Shown piece after piece: positions 38,550-47,918 of a stretch of 64,000 nucleotides of DNA (within the stretch, counting starts at the first letter, position 1; every line of letters starts with the position of its first letter). Source of the DNA: a virus; IMG/VR virus record IMGVR_UViG_3300022890_000014, positions 86,745 to 150,744 of that record; one strand, 5' to 3'. The notes beneath the pieces were generated by a model. The model saw only the letters and a list, made by a program, of their open reading frames with translations. It was not told the origin of the DNA and ran no database searches. The position numbers were made by a program, and so were the translations under genes.

Positions 38550-39473
38550 TTATCTGATATTTTCTCGTGCTTGCATCTCAAGATCCGACATTGGGTCTTT
38601 TCTACCCCTCTTATCTTTTCTATCGTCTGGATGTGTTAGATTTGCTTTAGAATAAGAACCTCGTTCCATTTTAAGCTTGGCAGCACCCTCGTCTTCATTC
38701 ATTGGTTGAAGACCCATTCCCATTCCTCTAGCCTTCATCTGACCTCTGTATGCCTGTTCTTCTTCTGCTTTTCTGGTAGCAGTAACATTAGCATTTGGTC
38801 TCATGGCATCTTCTATTCCAATTCTAGATGCATGCATAACATGCTGTCCAATTCCCTGCAAGCCTTGCTGAATAAGACCTTGAGAGAACTGAGTCCCAAT
38901 TGATGGACCTTTTCTATCTAGTGCTGCTTCTGCTCTAGCTAGCTGACCGACATCTTCAAATCCAACGCCACCATAGCTAGCTAAGTTTCTTTTCACAAAG
39001 TTAGCTGCCAGATGTGGATTCTTTGCCATAGTAGGTGAGGATGTTGAGAATATAGAGAAGTATTTGTCTACATCAGCCTTATCTGCATTCTTCAAGTCTG
39101 GATTATAGCTCATCATAGAGTCGTAAGCTTCTTCGTGTTGCTTCTTCTCTTTGCGCTCTGACATCCAGTCTGTTACAGCAGCACCAGCTAAACCAGCACC
39201 AGCCAGTCCTACCGTACTAAGTATAGCTGTTAGGATACCTTTGAACGGAGAAGACTTAGCAACCTCCAATCCCTCAGTAATACCCTGGGTTACAGCACTG
39301 CCTACTACCTCAGCAGTCTTATCGAAGTGTTGCATATTAACAGACATATTGTCATCGATAAACTCGCCTATCTTAACAAGTCTACCAACAACAGCTTCAA
39401 GGACTGCATCAGCTTCGGTGTGGCTAATACTTCCTTGTTTTACTAGTGTGTCTAGTTGTTGTATTGATTGCAT
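38550..39473 (-). CDS. Putative internal virion protein (K-x-A motifs, Gly/Ala TM-like segment)
   Basis: DKTAE; ILSTVGLAGAGLAGAAV; NPDLK...SPTMAKNP. Confidence 0.6.
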   Translation of the reverse strand: MQSIQQLDTLVKQGSISHTEADAVLEAVVGRLVKIGEFIDDNMSVNMQHFDKTAEVVGSAVTQGITEGLEVAKSSPFKGILTAILSTVGLAGAGLAGAAVTDWMSERKEKKQHEEAYDSMMSYNPDLKNADKADVDKYFSIFSTSSPTMAKNPHLAANFVKRNLASYGGVGFEDVGQLARAEAALDRKGPSIGTQFSQGLIQQGLQGIGQHVMHASRIGIEDAMRPNANVTATRKAEEEQAYRGQMKARGMGMGLQPMNEDEGAAKLKMERGSYSKANLTHPDDRKDKRGRKDPMSDLEMQARENIR

Positions 39474-39481
39474 ATCTGCCT

Positions 39482-39742
39482 CTAAAATAGTTTGCTTGTA
39501 CTTGAGCTTGGTTCTAAAAGACTAGATCTTGGCTTGAAAGATTTAGTTGTTGCCCCAACAAGACCTTTCTTGTATGCTCCAACTGCTCCAGGTACAACAA
39601 ACGCTGCTGTTAGTGAATGACCAGGATTCTTCACTATAGTCTTTGCTGTACCGCCAACGAGCTTGCCAATACCTTTTGCAGTAAGTGATCCTATAGTTCC
39701 TTGTTTAGTCATGCCTATAAAGATTCCATCATATATAGTCAT
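39482..39742 (-). CDS. Small virion-like protein with GMTKQ leader
   Basis: MTIYDGIFIGMTKQG. Confidence 0.6.
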   Translation of the reverse strand: MTIYDGIFIGMTKQGTIGSLTAKGIGKLVGGTAKTIVKNPGHSLTAAFVVPGAVGAYKKGLVGATTKSFKPRSSLLEPSSSTSKLF

Positions 39743-39744
39743 TA

Positions 39745-40842
39745 TTAACTCTCGTTAGATATTCTTGAGGAGTAGTTAAGTCTGTTCTCTTCGCCTTCCA
39801 CTGTTTTTAGTCCAATGTTCTTGACTTTGAGAGCTTTCTTTATTTCTCCAATATGATTGATGTGTTTGACGATAACTGAGTCACCGTTTAGAACTCTTAC
39901 TCTACCATCTAGACTCTTAGATAGCATACTCTCGCTAACCGGAAGACTAGTTCCGCCAGCAGTTTTTCTGAGATTGAGTACTCCTGAGCCAGAAATGTTA
40001 TCTATAGCTCTTCTCCACTCTTCAGCCTCATCACCTCTCATAGCTCCGTAGTTCTGCATGTAGACAGAAGCTTCTTTCAACAATACGGCTGTGTCATCAC
40101 TTTGCTCTGCCATCAATGCGCCTTGAATGACATCAAGGAAGTTTGTTCCTTCGTCAACATATGCCTTGGCAGTCTTGCAGAAAGCAAGTCTTGCTCCGTC
40201 TAATTGAAGTTCAAGCATCCCTACTTCACCCTCAAGAACATCTCTTGCCATAGCAGCATACTTACCTTGGTTATCAGGAAGTACTGTTTCGTTTAGGAAA
40301 GACATGTCATCTTCAGGCATCGAGTTGAACTGAATCTCATCACCTAAAGAAACTGGATCTATTAGGTAATCTTCGTAGTTTCCATCAGCCATGATGCCAG
40401 CAAACTTTTCGAGGTCATCGGCTTGGCTCCTTTTTATAATAGGGACTGATGGGCTGCTTTGCTGAGTGTTGACTGATGCAACCTTGACTGCTTTAACTGT
40501 CGAGTAATCCGACTCAGGCTTCATGTTTTTGCTAGCAACAATCTTTCTTACTTCTGACTTCTTAGCGGTACTCTTATTGGTTGCCTTAGAGTCAGACCTT
40601 AAAGACTTCTGCACCAGAGCTTTGTTTGTTGCCTCTACAAGCCTATCTGTGTAGTTACTATTGAGTCCAGCACTGATAGCTTTGTTTGCTATAGTAGTTG
40701 CTGTGTCTTTATTTACATCAGACTCAACATCGTTAGCGCACTCAGCGCCCATCATATCGATGTCAGTGTTGCTGCATCCAGCGGTCTTTCCCACAATAGC
40801 CATCTTAAACATGTCTTCTACTGAATATAGGATTGATGTCAT
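39745..40842 (-). CDS. Head-associated K-x-A-rich protein
   Basis: GKTAG, VKVAS, EKFAG, GKYAA, CKTAK, LKEAS, RKTAG; RLVEATNK. Confidence 0.65.
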   Translation of the reverse strand: MTSILYSVEDMFKMAIVGKTAGCSNTDIDMMGAECANDVESDVNKDTATTIANKAISAGLNSNYTDRLVEATNKALVQKSLRSDSKATNKSTAKKSEVRKIVASKNMKPESDYSTVKAVKVASVNTQQSSPSVPIIKRSQADDLEKFAGIMADGNYEDYLIDPVSLGDEIQFNSMPEDDMSFLNETVLPDNQGKYAAMARDVLEGEVGMLELQLDGARLAFCKTAKAYVDEGTNFLDVIQGALMAEQSDDTAVLLKEASVYMQNYGAMRGDEAEEWRRAIDNISGSGVLNLRKTAGGTSLPVSESMLSKSLDGRVRVLNGDSVIVKHINHIGEIKKALKVKNIGLKTVEGEENRLNYSSRISNES

Positions 40843-41067
40843 TTATTTGCTGCTCCCTGAATTGCTTGCGTAAGCCTTACGCACTTCACTATTGTTCATG
40901 TCATTGCCATCAACATCGCAGTGACTACTTTTGGTTTTTTCTCTATTTGTCACACTGCATAAGCCTATGGATGTTCCATTAACGCTTCGTTTTAGTCTAT
41001 CGCAAAGATCACAGCGAAGTGCAGTTGTCTTTTTCATATTAAAATCTCCTATTAAAGATAGTACCAT
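40843..41067 (-). CDS. Small Cys4 protein
   Basis: CDLC...C...C; contains a palindrome copy (RKAYA). Confidence 0.5.
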   Translation of the reverse strand: MVLSLIGDFNMKKTTALRCDLCDRLKRSVNGTSIGLCSVTNREKTKSSHCDVDGNDMNNSEVRKAYASNSGSSK

Positions 41068-41161
41068 ATAGCTACAACGAATTCACTATACATAGTACGA
41101 ATAAAGTGGTAAAAGAGTAGTAGGTGATAATTCTATCATCATAAACAATTGAGGTAAAGCA

Positions 41162-41965
41162 ATGAAGGATCGTAAAGAAAAGTTTCTCGACGGAACCGAA
41201 GTCACCGAAGAGTACAAGTCTGAGTTAGGTTCGATGGTCCAAGATTCGTGTATGGAAGAAGAAGAAGTCGGAATCGATGAGCTTGAAGCGTATGCAGACG
41301 CGCATCGTGATGAAGTAGAAGTGTATCCATCCACTTCTGACAGAGTAAGAGGGATTGAGCTTGATATGTCGAAACTGTACTCTGTTACTATCGTTGACAC
41401 GTTCGACAACACTGTTGTCACAGATAGCAAGCTAACTGTTGCTAATAGTCCAGAGGGTGCTATCTTAGCAAAACTAAAGGATATTAACTTTGATATTCCT
41501 GAGCTAGCACAATCTATACTCGACCCAGTTGGAATCATCAACTTCTATGCAAAAGAAGGGTATATCATTAGTATCGTAAGTATTGAAGCAGAAATCAACG
41601 CTGCCTACGCAGAGAACAAAGAGCTTGTTCATCCGAAGTCAAAGAATGAGCCTAGCTCTGGTGTTATTGATCTAAGAAAGATGTACTCTGTCTCACTGAC
41701 AGATGATAGCATAGGTGACTATATTGTTAACTCGACCTTTGTTTTTGCGGATAGTGGAGAAGACGCAGTAAGAAAAACTCTCTCTAGCACTTTCACAGAT
41801 GCAGAAATAGATAAGGGTATAGACAGCCTTATGGAGATGTATGACAAAAAGAACATGACTCTTACTGTTTGCAACATTGGTAAAGAAATCAAAAATGCAA
41901 AAGGTCAGAAGATTTATGTTGACGAAGATAGCAAGCTGAAGCGATGGGCTGTATCCTTCATCTAG
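41162..41965 (+). CDS. Acidic protein with an internally duplicated domain
   Basis: ELDMSKLYSVTIVD.. and IDLRKMYSVSLTD.. repeats; GAGGT RBS. Confidence 0.7.
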   Translation: MKDRKEKFLDGTEVTEEYKSELGSMVQDSCMEEEEVGIDELEAYADAHRDEVEVYPSTSDRVRGIELDMSKLYSVTIVDTFDNTVVTDSKLTVANSPEGAILAKLKDINFDIPELAQSILDPVGIINFYAKEGYIISIVSIEAEINAAYAENKELVHPKSKNEPSSGVIDLRKMYSVSLTDDSIGDYIVNSTFVFADSGEDAVRKTLSSTFTDAEIDKGIDSLMEMYDKKNMTLTVCNIGKEIKNAKGQKIYVDEDSKLKRWAVSFI

Positions 41966-43872
41966 CCGTATTCAACTCCGTGGTATGCAAGTGCCACGTT
42001 TCTATTAAAGTTCACAGCATGAAAGAAGTCGTCGGTTAGTTCTGGATGCACCGAGTAAATCATTCTATCCCCTGAGTCACCACCTGAAGTTCTCAACTCC
42101 TGATGTATATTTAGTATGTCTTCAAAGAATGGCCTTTCCATATCTTCAAAGCACGGGAACTCAACGTCATACCTTCGTATAGCCTGGAACAGCTTATTCA
42201 TCGACCTTGTTCGTTGTAGTGAGTAAGCATCTGCCTTTTCATTCCATACTAATACTTCTCTCTGATTCGGTACGTAGTTAATAGGAAATATTCTTCTTTC
42301 GCTAAGATGGATGTCATATCTACCATGTATTGCAAAGGCAAGAATATCATTCTGAGCATATCCTATACCCTGGTCAAAACCGCATATAAGACTGTATTCG
42401 GTGATTAGCTCCTGAAGGTATGGGATAATGAATGAGTAGTCCTGTTCTCTGCCCTCGAATCTTTTAGCAAATATAACCTTCAGCTTGCCATTATCGAATA
42501 TAGATACAGAGATAATGCTATATGACTTCTTAGTCTTTGTCCCCCAGTCACCACCGAGAAACATCTGAATACCTCTAGACCTGTAGTGATCCATATTCTC
42601 TTTGACATTCCTCACCTCATCGTTACATCTATCCTTGAGTACAGCCATAGTAATAGGCTTCTCAGCATTATCGTGAGGAAGTCCAAGAACTTCGTTAGAG
42701 AACTTAGTCTCATCATATGTCTCAAGTTTATGTATGATTGATGGTGGTGCTGCTGGATCTGGCTCCCAAGGAATCCAAGGGACCATAAGTTGGCTAATTC
42801 TGAACCCGCGCCAATGAGCATCTTTGGGTCCAGTCCATCTCCATTCACCAAGCTGTGGGAATATAGGGTTTCCACACTTACTGCATATAAGCCCATGCTT
42901 GCCTATATTTTTTATATCTAAGCTCTGCCAAAACCACGACTCTTTTCTGTCTGCAAAACCATGTCTTAAGCAAGGAACGAACCATTCTCCCTTGGTTGAC
43001 ATACCCCAGTACGCATTTGCTGTATTATCTAATGACTTAGGCGTACATGCGTATATCCATCTAGGATAAGTGGCGTGAGCTAGGCACTCAGATACAACAT
43101 CAAGATTATCCTTTAGTTGATCCTGAATCTCATCACCACCAAGTAGGTATGCAGATATACCTCTAACTCTATCAGCGTTGAAGTATGCAGACCTTAGAAA
43201 GATATATGATCCGTTTGTGAATGATTTGTCAAACACTTGCGCTCTACACTTAGAATCAACAAAATATTTTCCAACCAGAGGAGATCGTGTAATTAGCGGT
43301 TCAAGCTTCTCTGATGAAAACGTAGATGTTTGAATGATAGATGGAGACAGGTATATGCTTTTATAATAGGGAGTAGCGATGCTGCTGGTCGTTATAACGT
43401 TGGCGAGTGTCTGAGACTTCTCGACCTGCCGCCCACACATGAAAAACACGCGCGGATGCTTGGTATTATAGATAGGATATAGATACCTTCTGTCTTCCCA
43501 TTCACCTCTGTCGTTATGTCTGTTGAGTCTAAACTTCTGACCATGAAGCATCAGCATTGATTCTGCTAGCTGAGACCTTGATAGTATGAATGCAGACTTC
43601 TTTCTTGTAGGTCTTGGTGGCTTATACTGAGTTACCCAGTTAGGTAGCTTGGTAGGAGCCTCCTTCTTTATCTCCTCTCCCATAGATGATAATGCATTCA
43701 GTCCATGACTAACAGCATAGTTAGTCACTCTATTTGCTGTACCTTTCGCTACGTTAGGTATATTCTTATTGTATTGATCGAACTTATAGTTCTCCACGAA
43801 CTTATCAAATTCTTTAGATGAGCCGAAGGAACTCCTCTTTATTTGTTCCTCCATTGCGCCTTTCTGAGCCAT
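41962..43872 (-). CDS. terL: Terminase large subunit (GpA-like)
   Basis: FMCGRQVEKS Walker A, DEIQD Walker B, CTPK coupling motif, Cys Zn-ribbon, GGDWG and DDFFHA nuclease motifs; start moved to 43872 after AGGA. Confidence 0.9.
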   Translation of the reverse strand: MAQKGAMEEQIKRSSFGSSKEFDKFVENYKFDQYNKNIPNVAKGTANRVTNYAVSHGLNALSSMGEEIKKEAPTKLPNWVTQYKPPRPTRKKSAFILSRSQLAESMLMLHGQKFRLNRHNDRGEWEDRRYLYPIYNTKHPRVFFMCGRQVEKSQTLANVITTSSIATPYYKSIYLSPSIIQTSTFSSEKLEPLITRSPLVGKYFVDSKCRAQVFDKSFTNGSYIFLRSAYFNADRVRGISAYLLGGDEIQDQLKDNLDVVSECLAHATYPRWIYACTPKSLDNTANAYWGMSTKGEWFVPCLRHGFADRKESWFWQSLDIKNIGKHGLICSKCGNPIFPQLGEWRWTGPKDAHWRGFRISQLMVPWIPWEPDPAAPPSIIHKLETYDETKFSNEVLGLPHDNAEKPITMAVLKDRCNDEVRNVKENMDHYRSRGIQMFLGGDWGTKTKKSYSIISVSIFDNGKLKVIFAKRFEGREQDYSFIIPYLQELITEYSLICGFDQGIGYAQNDILAFAIHGRYDIHLSERRIFPINYVPNQREVLVWNEKADAYSLQRTRSMNKLFQAIRRYDVEFPCFEDMERPFFEDILNIHQELRTSGGDSGDRMIYSVHPELTDDFFHAVNFNRNVALAYHGVEYG

Positions 43873-43950
43873 TAGTTTATTCCTATTGGTATAAGTTACT
43901 TGAGTTAACAATATACACCATGCGTAAGCCTTACGCAACCAGGAGATGTC

Positions 43951-44805
43951 ATGGCTACACCTAAAGTCGGAAGAATTAACATAAAGTTTTTTGTTACAAG
44001 AGAAACCAAGTTAGCTATACACGTATTGGCAGCGAAGACGGAGATGACTCCATTCACCTACCTATCCAACCTGCTAAACACATATTCATACTTGTGTGAA
44101 GATGTAGTAGTTAATACGAAGGCAAACAAGCCGTCATGTAAAATGCGAGCAATGATAATGGAAAAAGAACTACTCTACCTAGTTAAGAGAGTTGGAATAG
44201 GAGGAATTTTTGATAAGTGGATGTCTGGACTAATAATGAAAAAGATGTCTGACTCATTTGGAGATCCGGCAATAATAAACTGCGCATGTGGATGCTTAAA
44301 GCCACTTCTCTTCATCCATCCATCATATGGACATGCAAGAATATCACACATGGGTCATATGGGCGGAATGGCATCTAGTGGGAATAGACCAGTCCAAGAG
44401 GCTATATATGCCTATATGTCTGAGAACAGAAAAGAGGTGACTCCTATAGAGGTTGCTGAATCCATGGAATTATCGAAGAGTAACACTTCAAAATTAATGG
44501 GCATCATGGATCGAGACGGAGTAATCAAAAGAATAGTCACAGGATTCTACGTTACAAAGAATCACTTCATTGAAGACTACATGGATGGATGGAGGGGACT
44601 AAGAATGAATCACGAGAAGGTTATGAGTTCTATAGAGAGGATGGCTAAGTTTTGCGGATATGGGCGTTCAAAAACTGTGTCTCAAGATACCGGAATAGAA
44701 AGAAAAGAAGTTGTGCAGATCTTAGACTATCTGTATAAGAAAGGCTTCACCTACAGAGTTAGGTATGGTGGATACGCCCCAATAAAACTCTTGAACAAAA
44801 AGTAA
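43951..44805 (+). CDS. Multi-domain DNA-binding protein (RHH-like, CxCGC, two winged-HTH)
   Basis: VTPIEVAESMELSKSNTSKLMGIMDRDGVIKRIVTGFY and SKTVSQDTGIERKEVVQILDYLYKKGFTYRVRYGGY. Confidence 0.7.
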   Translation: MATPKVGRINIKFFVTRETKLAIHVLAAKTEMTPFTYLSNLLNTYSYLCEDVVVNTKANKPSCKMRAMIMEKELLYLVKRVGIGGIFDKWMSGLIMKKMSDSFGDPAIINCACGCLKPLLFIHPSYGHARISHMGHMGGMASSGNRPVQEAIYAYMSENRKEVTPIEVAESMELSKSNTSKLMGIMDRDGVIKRIVTGFYVTKNHFIEDYMDGWRGLRMNHEKVMSSIERMAKFCGYGRSKTVSQDTGIERKEVVQILDYLYKKGFTYRVRYGGYAPIKLLNKK

Positions 44806-45000
44806 ACATCTGGTATAAGTATCATATTGGATAGAAATACAATGTTATTCTAGACATCATTGTATACCATATAATAGACCAGTTTGGTAAAGTGCCACGC
44901 TCGGTTCCAGGCCGACTGTGGTATTCGTATTCCCAATAACAGCAAAGGGGTAGATTATGTATTAGATTGACGGTAATGATTGTATCTGCAAAAAGAAGAG

Positions 45001-45039
45001 AAAATACCTTGGTGATTAGAGCGCCAGGGTATTTTTTTT
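45001..45039 (+). terminator. Intrinsic terminator
   Basis: AAAATACCTTGGTG-loop-CGCCAGGGTATTTTTTTT. Confidence 0.75.
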
Positions 45040-45076
45040 ATATCTATCGCTAACTATGTATCTTGGAGAAGAACTA

Positions 45077-45541
45077 ATGAATAGACCACAATCCCTAATT
45101 GAAAGAATGCATACACCTAAATATTGCGTTTTCACTGATGTATTAGACAGTATTGAAGAATTACGTGTGATGTACGCAAAAGCGGTGTCTATCAATTACC
45201 ACCTTCTTCTAACCGATTATGAGTTGGGGTTGGTCGAAAAGAGAATAGAGAAACACGACATGCCAGTTATTCGCAAGGACTTTAGGCGTGCTGCTAAGGG
45301 CTTAATTAAGATCAGCGATGCCTACAGTGCCGAATTGTATATTAAGATACCAACGTTGATTACTCGTGAAGCGGAATCTTTCTGCATGGATAATGCGGAG
45401 ACTGCACTGAGAGGGATTCTTGAAAGAAAATTCCCTACTGGAAAGTACTCTGTGCCATTCGTTCTGTCAGGTCTTATAAACGAAATTCTTCTTGAAAATA
45501 ATCATCATATATCCAAAGACAAATTCTCAATGTATATTTAG
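45077..45541 (+). CDS. Hypothetical protein
   Basis: ATG at 45077 after GGAG. Confidence 0.65.
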   Translation: MNRPQSLIERMHTPKYCVFTDVLDSIEELRVMYAKAVSINYHLLLTDYELGLVEKRIEKHDMPVIRKDFRRAAKGLIKISDAYSAELYIKIPTLITREAESFCMDNAETALRGILERKFPTGKYSVPFVLSGLINEILLENNHHISKDKFSMYI

Positions 45542-45550
45542 GACGCTACA

Positions 45551-45823
45551 ATGGAATTAGTAATCGAATTACTCAACATAGAGTCTAGGTACTCTGAAGA
45601 CTCCATAGTTGATGCTACAGCATCAGCAATAATGTTCATGACTAACAGTGGACATCTAGAGATCAGGAAGCATAAGAATGGATTCCTGTATGGTACTTGG
45701 ACGTTTGACGGAAGAGCACTAAGAGATAAGATTGACCAGATAGAAAGCGTGGTTTGGGTTAGCAGTAAGTACATGCATAACAACGACATGATTCTTAATG
45801 CTAAAGGGAAGCAAAAGAAGTAG
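45551..45823 (+). CDS. Hypothetical protein
   Basis: AGGA RBS. Confidence 0.6.
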   Translation: MELVIELLNIESRYSEDSIVDATASAIMFMTNSGHLEIRKHKNGFLYGTWTFDGRALRDKIDQIESVVWVSSKYMHNNDMILNAKGKQKK

Positions 45824-45909
45824 CACGTAAGGCTTACGCATTAGAGTTTCCTTTCAGGGTATAAGTATTATAGTTCTAAACACAATCATACTCTAGAAAG
45901 GAATTACTC

Positions 45910-46227
45910 ATGTCTAACGAACTAATGACAGAAATTCGCAAAGTCGTCGGCCTGTGTGGAAGCTGTATGCATCACTACATATCAGAAGACAACACGCAAG
46001 AGATGTGCGGCTTGGTGTATGACAGAAAGGAGGTGTTTGAAGACGTGATGATGGTGTCTTGGCCTGGTGTAAACATAGAGGAGTATGGATGTGTAGAGTG
46101 TGTTGATTACACGTCTGTTGACGACCCAGTTAACCAGATTGTGATGGATGAGATGGCAAGACCAGAATCACGCGAAAGTCGAAACCTGGAAATCGATTTC
46201 CGTGTGACTCTGGAAGCACTACAGTAG
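45910..46227 (+). CDS. Cys-rich hypothetical protein
   Basis: CGSC..C..CVEC; GGTATAAG upstream. Confidence 0.6.
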   Translation: MSNELMTEIRKVVGLCGSCMHHYISEDNTQEMCGLVYDRKEVFEDVMMVSWPGVNIEEYGCVECVDYTSVDDPVNQIVMDEMARPESRESRNLEIDFRVTLEALQ

Positions 46228-46235
46228 TCATAAAG

Positions 46236-46269
46236 AAAGTAGGCGTTTCACCTCGCGCTTACTTTTTTT
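46236..46269 (+). terminator. Intrinsic terminator between convergent genes
   Basis: AAGTAGGCG...CGCTTACTTTTTTT. Confidence 0.65.
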
Positions 46270-46801
46270 AGTTCACATCGAAAATGAATATCTCAAGAGA
46301 CCCACCATTCTTTTCCCAGCACTGATTTAGCATAGTTACTGCCTTCTCAAACCATTGCTTCAAGATAGCGATACATCCAGTAGTAGAACCAGCAAGATGA
46401 ATCATAAACGGATAGCTCTGCCCAGTAAGCTTGTACGTCCTATCCCCGTACTCATCCATCTCCTCTTCGTACACAGGGTAGATACGAGCCATAGTCATTG
46501 GCTTTCTACCACTGTGTGGATGATCTCTCTTGCAGATCTTCTCAACCATACACCACGATATTGGCGGAGTTATATTGCTGAGTTTCTTTGGATTCAGCTT
46601 ATCCTTTGGCCCAGTTATTACTGGACAAGAGAAGATGACTTCACCATCAGGAGCGCCATCCCTATCTATTAGATACAGCATTCCTGGTCCGTAGGCTTCT
46701 CTATTGTCTCTCTCTATCTCAATGTAGTATCTCAGGTCTTTCTCTGGTCTTGCGAGATCTAGCGCATTACTTACTTGTTTCTCAAACTCTTGTACTTGCA
46801 T
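46268..46801 (-). CDS. L,D-transpeptidase-like (YkuD/Tlde1-type) protein
   Basis: CPVITG and FMIHLAGSTTGCIAI (His...Ser-x-x-Gly-Cys catalytic pattern). Confidence 0.65.
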   Translation of the reverse strand: MQVQEFEKQVSNALDLARPEKDLRYYIEIERDNREAYGPGMLYLIDRDGAPDGEVIFSCPVITGPKDKLNPKKLSNITPPISWCMVEKICKRDHPHSGRKPMTMARIYPVYEEEMDEYGDRTYKLTGQSYPFMIHLAGSTTGCIAILKQWFEKAVTMLNQCWEKNGGSLEIFIFDVN

Positions 46802-47015
46802 GCCTTTCTCCTATATTATTAAGTCTAATATTATCTCACGTTATTTTGTATTCGTCCACATGCATAAGGCTTACGTAATTGGTATAAGAATAGTAGAGAG
46901 GAAAATCCAGCCTCTTTATACCATAGTGGTATTTCTCGACTGGTTGTCTGCTCTGGGAATTCTCCCTGATTAGACATTCTGCGTTATGCAGTAAAATTAA
47001 AAGAAGGAGCTTGCT

Positions 47016-47507
47016 ATGAAAATCAGATTCACCACCACGTCGAACATAGACCTGGAAAAAGAAATTCTTATCGAAGGAGTGGGATTTGAATCAACTTTCG
47101 GCTCCTCCGCACGACTCAGACACGAGAAGAACGGTCTCCCAGTTTGGGAGACCGCCTGGAGCCAGTACACGTATACGTGTACTGGAATGTTCCAGTACAC
47201 GTACGTGGGGGCGGAACGAGGGTTCCTGAGTCAAGATCTACTCCCTGATTTTCAGGGAGTCCTCATACTTTCCGCAGAAGGATCCTACGGAAAATATGAG
47301 GGGAAGGACGCGCTACGGGCATACGCGTCTAAAAAGTCCTTCGCCTATGCTAAGGTAGAGGGGATAGTCCCCTACCTTAGAAACTTCAGTAATGACATTG
47401 ATGGGTATACAGTGGCGGCAATTGCCGCTACTGTATACGGCAAACGAGTCTCCAATAGGGCAACAACCAGACTAGCCAAGAAAGCGAAAGAAAAGCTTCG
47501 TGTCTAG
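47016..47507 (+). CDS. Hypothetical protein in a repeat-flanked cassette
   Basis: AAGGAG RBS; visibly more CG-rich than neighbours. Confidence 0.7.
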   Translation: MKIRFTTTSNIDLEKEILIEGVGFESTFGSSARLRHEKNGLPVWETAWSQYTYTCTGMFQYTYVGAERGFLSQDLLPDFQGVLILSAEGSYGKYEGKDALRAYASKKSFAYAKVEGIVPYLRNFSNDIDGYTVAAIAATVYGKRVSNRATTRLAKKAKEKLRV

Positions 47508-47519
47508 TCTGTCGTCTGA

Positions 47520-47552
47520 AAGAACCTAGGATACAGTCCTGGGTTCTTTTTT
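47520..47552 (+). terminator. Intrinsic terminator
   Basis: AAGAACCTAGGA-loop-TCCTGGGTTCTTTTTT. Confidence 0.75.
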
Positions 47553-47621
47553 AGCATGCGTAAGCCTTACGCAATTGGTATAAGCAGAATACACAGTGTA
47601 CTACAAATGAGGTTTGCCACT

Positions 47622-47918
47622 ATGAATAATTCATTGCCAATTAGACTACTTAATGCAATCAGGGAACTACTAAAAACATATGAGTCGTGCATTGTATTGG
47701 TAGCAGAAAGACCACCGTACATCACAGAGTTTGAACTCAGAAGGATCGAACTTAGGCTTTGCGGAGAAATGATGGTTCTGTATATTAGAATGAAGTCAAT
47801 CCCAGATAATAACGACTTCCTGCCAAAAAGATTTGTTTCTGAGCTTGGAAACATTCTGTCTTCAAGCGACTTCAAATATATTAATATATGCGACTGGATC
47901 GCAAGAGTGGAGAAGTAA
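47622..47918 (+). CDS. Hypothetical protein
   Basis: ATG at 47622 after GAGG; GGTATAAG at 47577. Confidence 0.55.
   Translation: MNNSLPIRLLNAIRELLKTYESCIVLVAERPPYITEFELRRIELRLCGEMMVLYIRMKSIPDNNDFLPKRFVSELGNILSSSDFKYINICDWIARVEK

Noticed and set aside
10399-47918. ORF-track entries starting MRKPYA/MRKAYA (10399, 10959 on the - strand, 11976, 28870, 47556, and the 43938 start of terL)
   Set aside because: These are artefacts of an A or T preceding the palindrome and creating ATG/TTG; they have no RBS and overlap better-supported genes.
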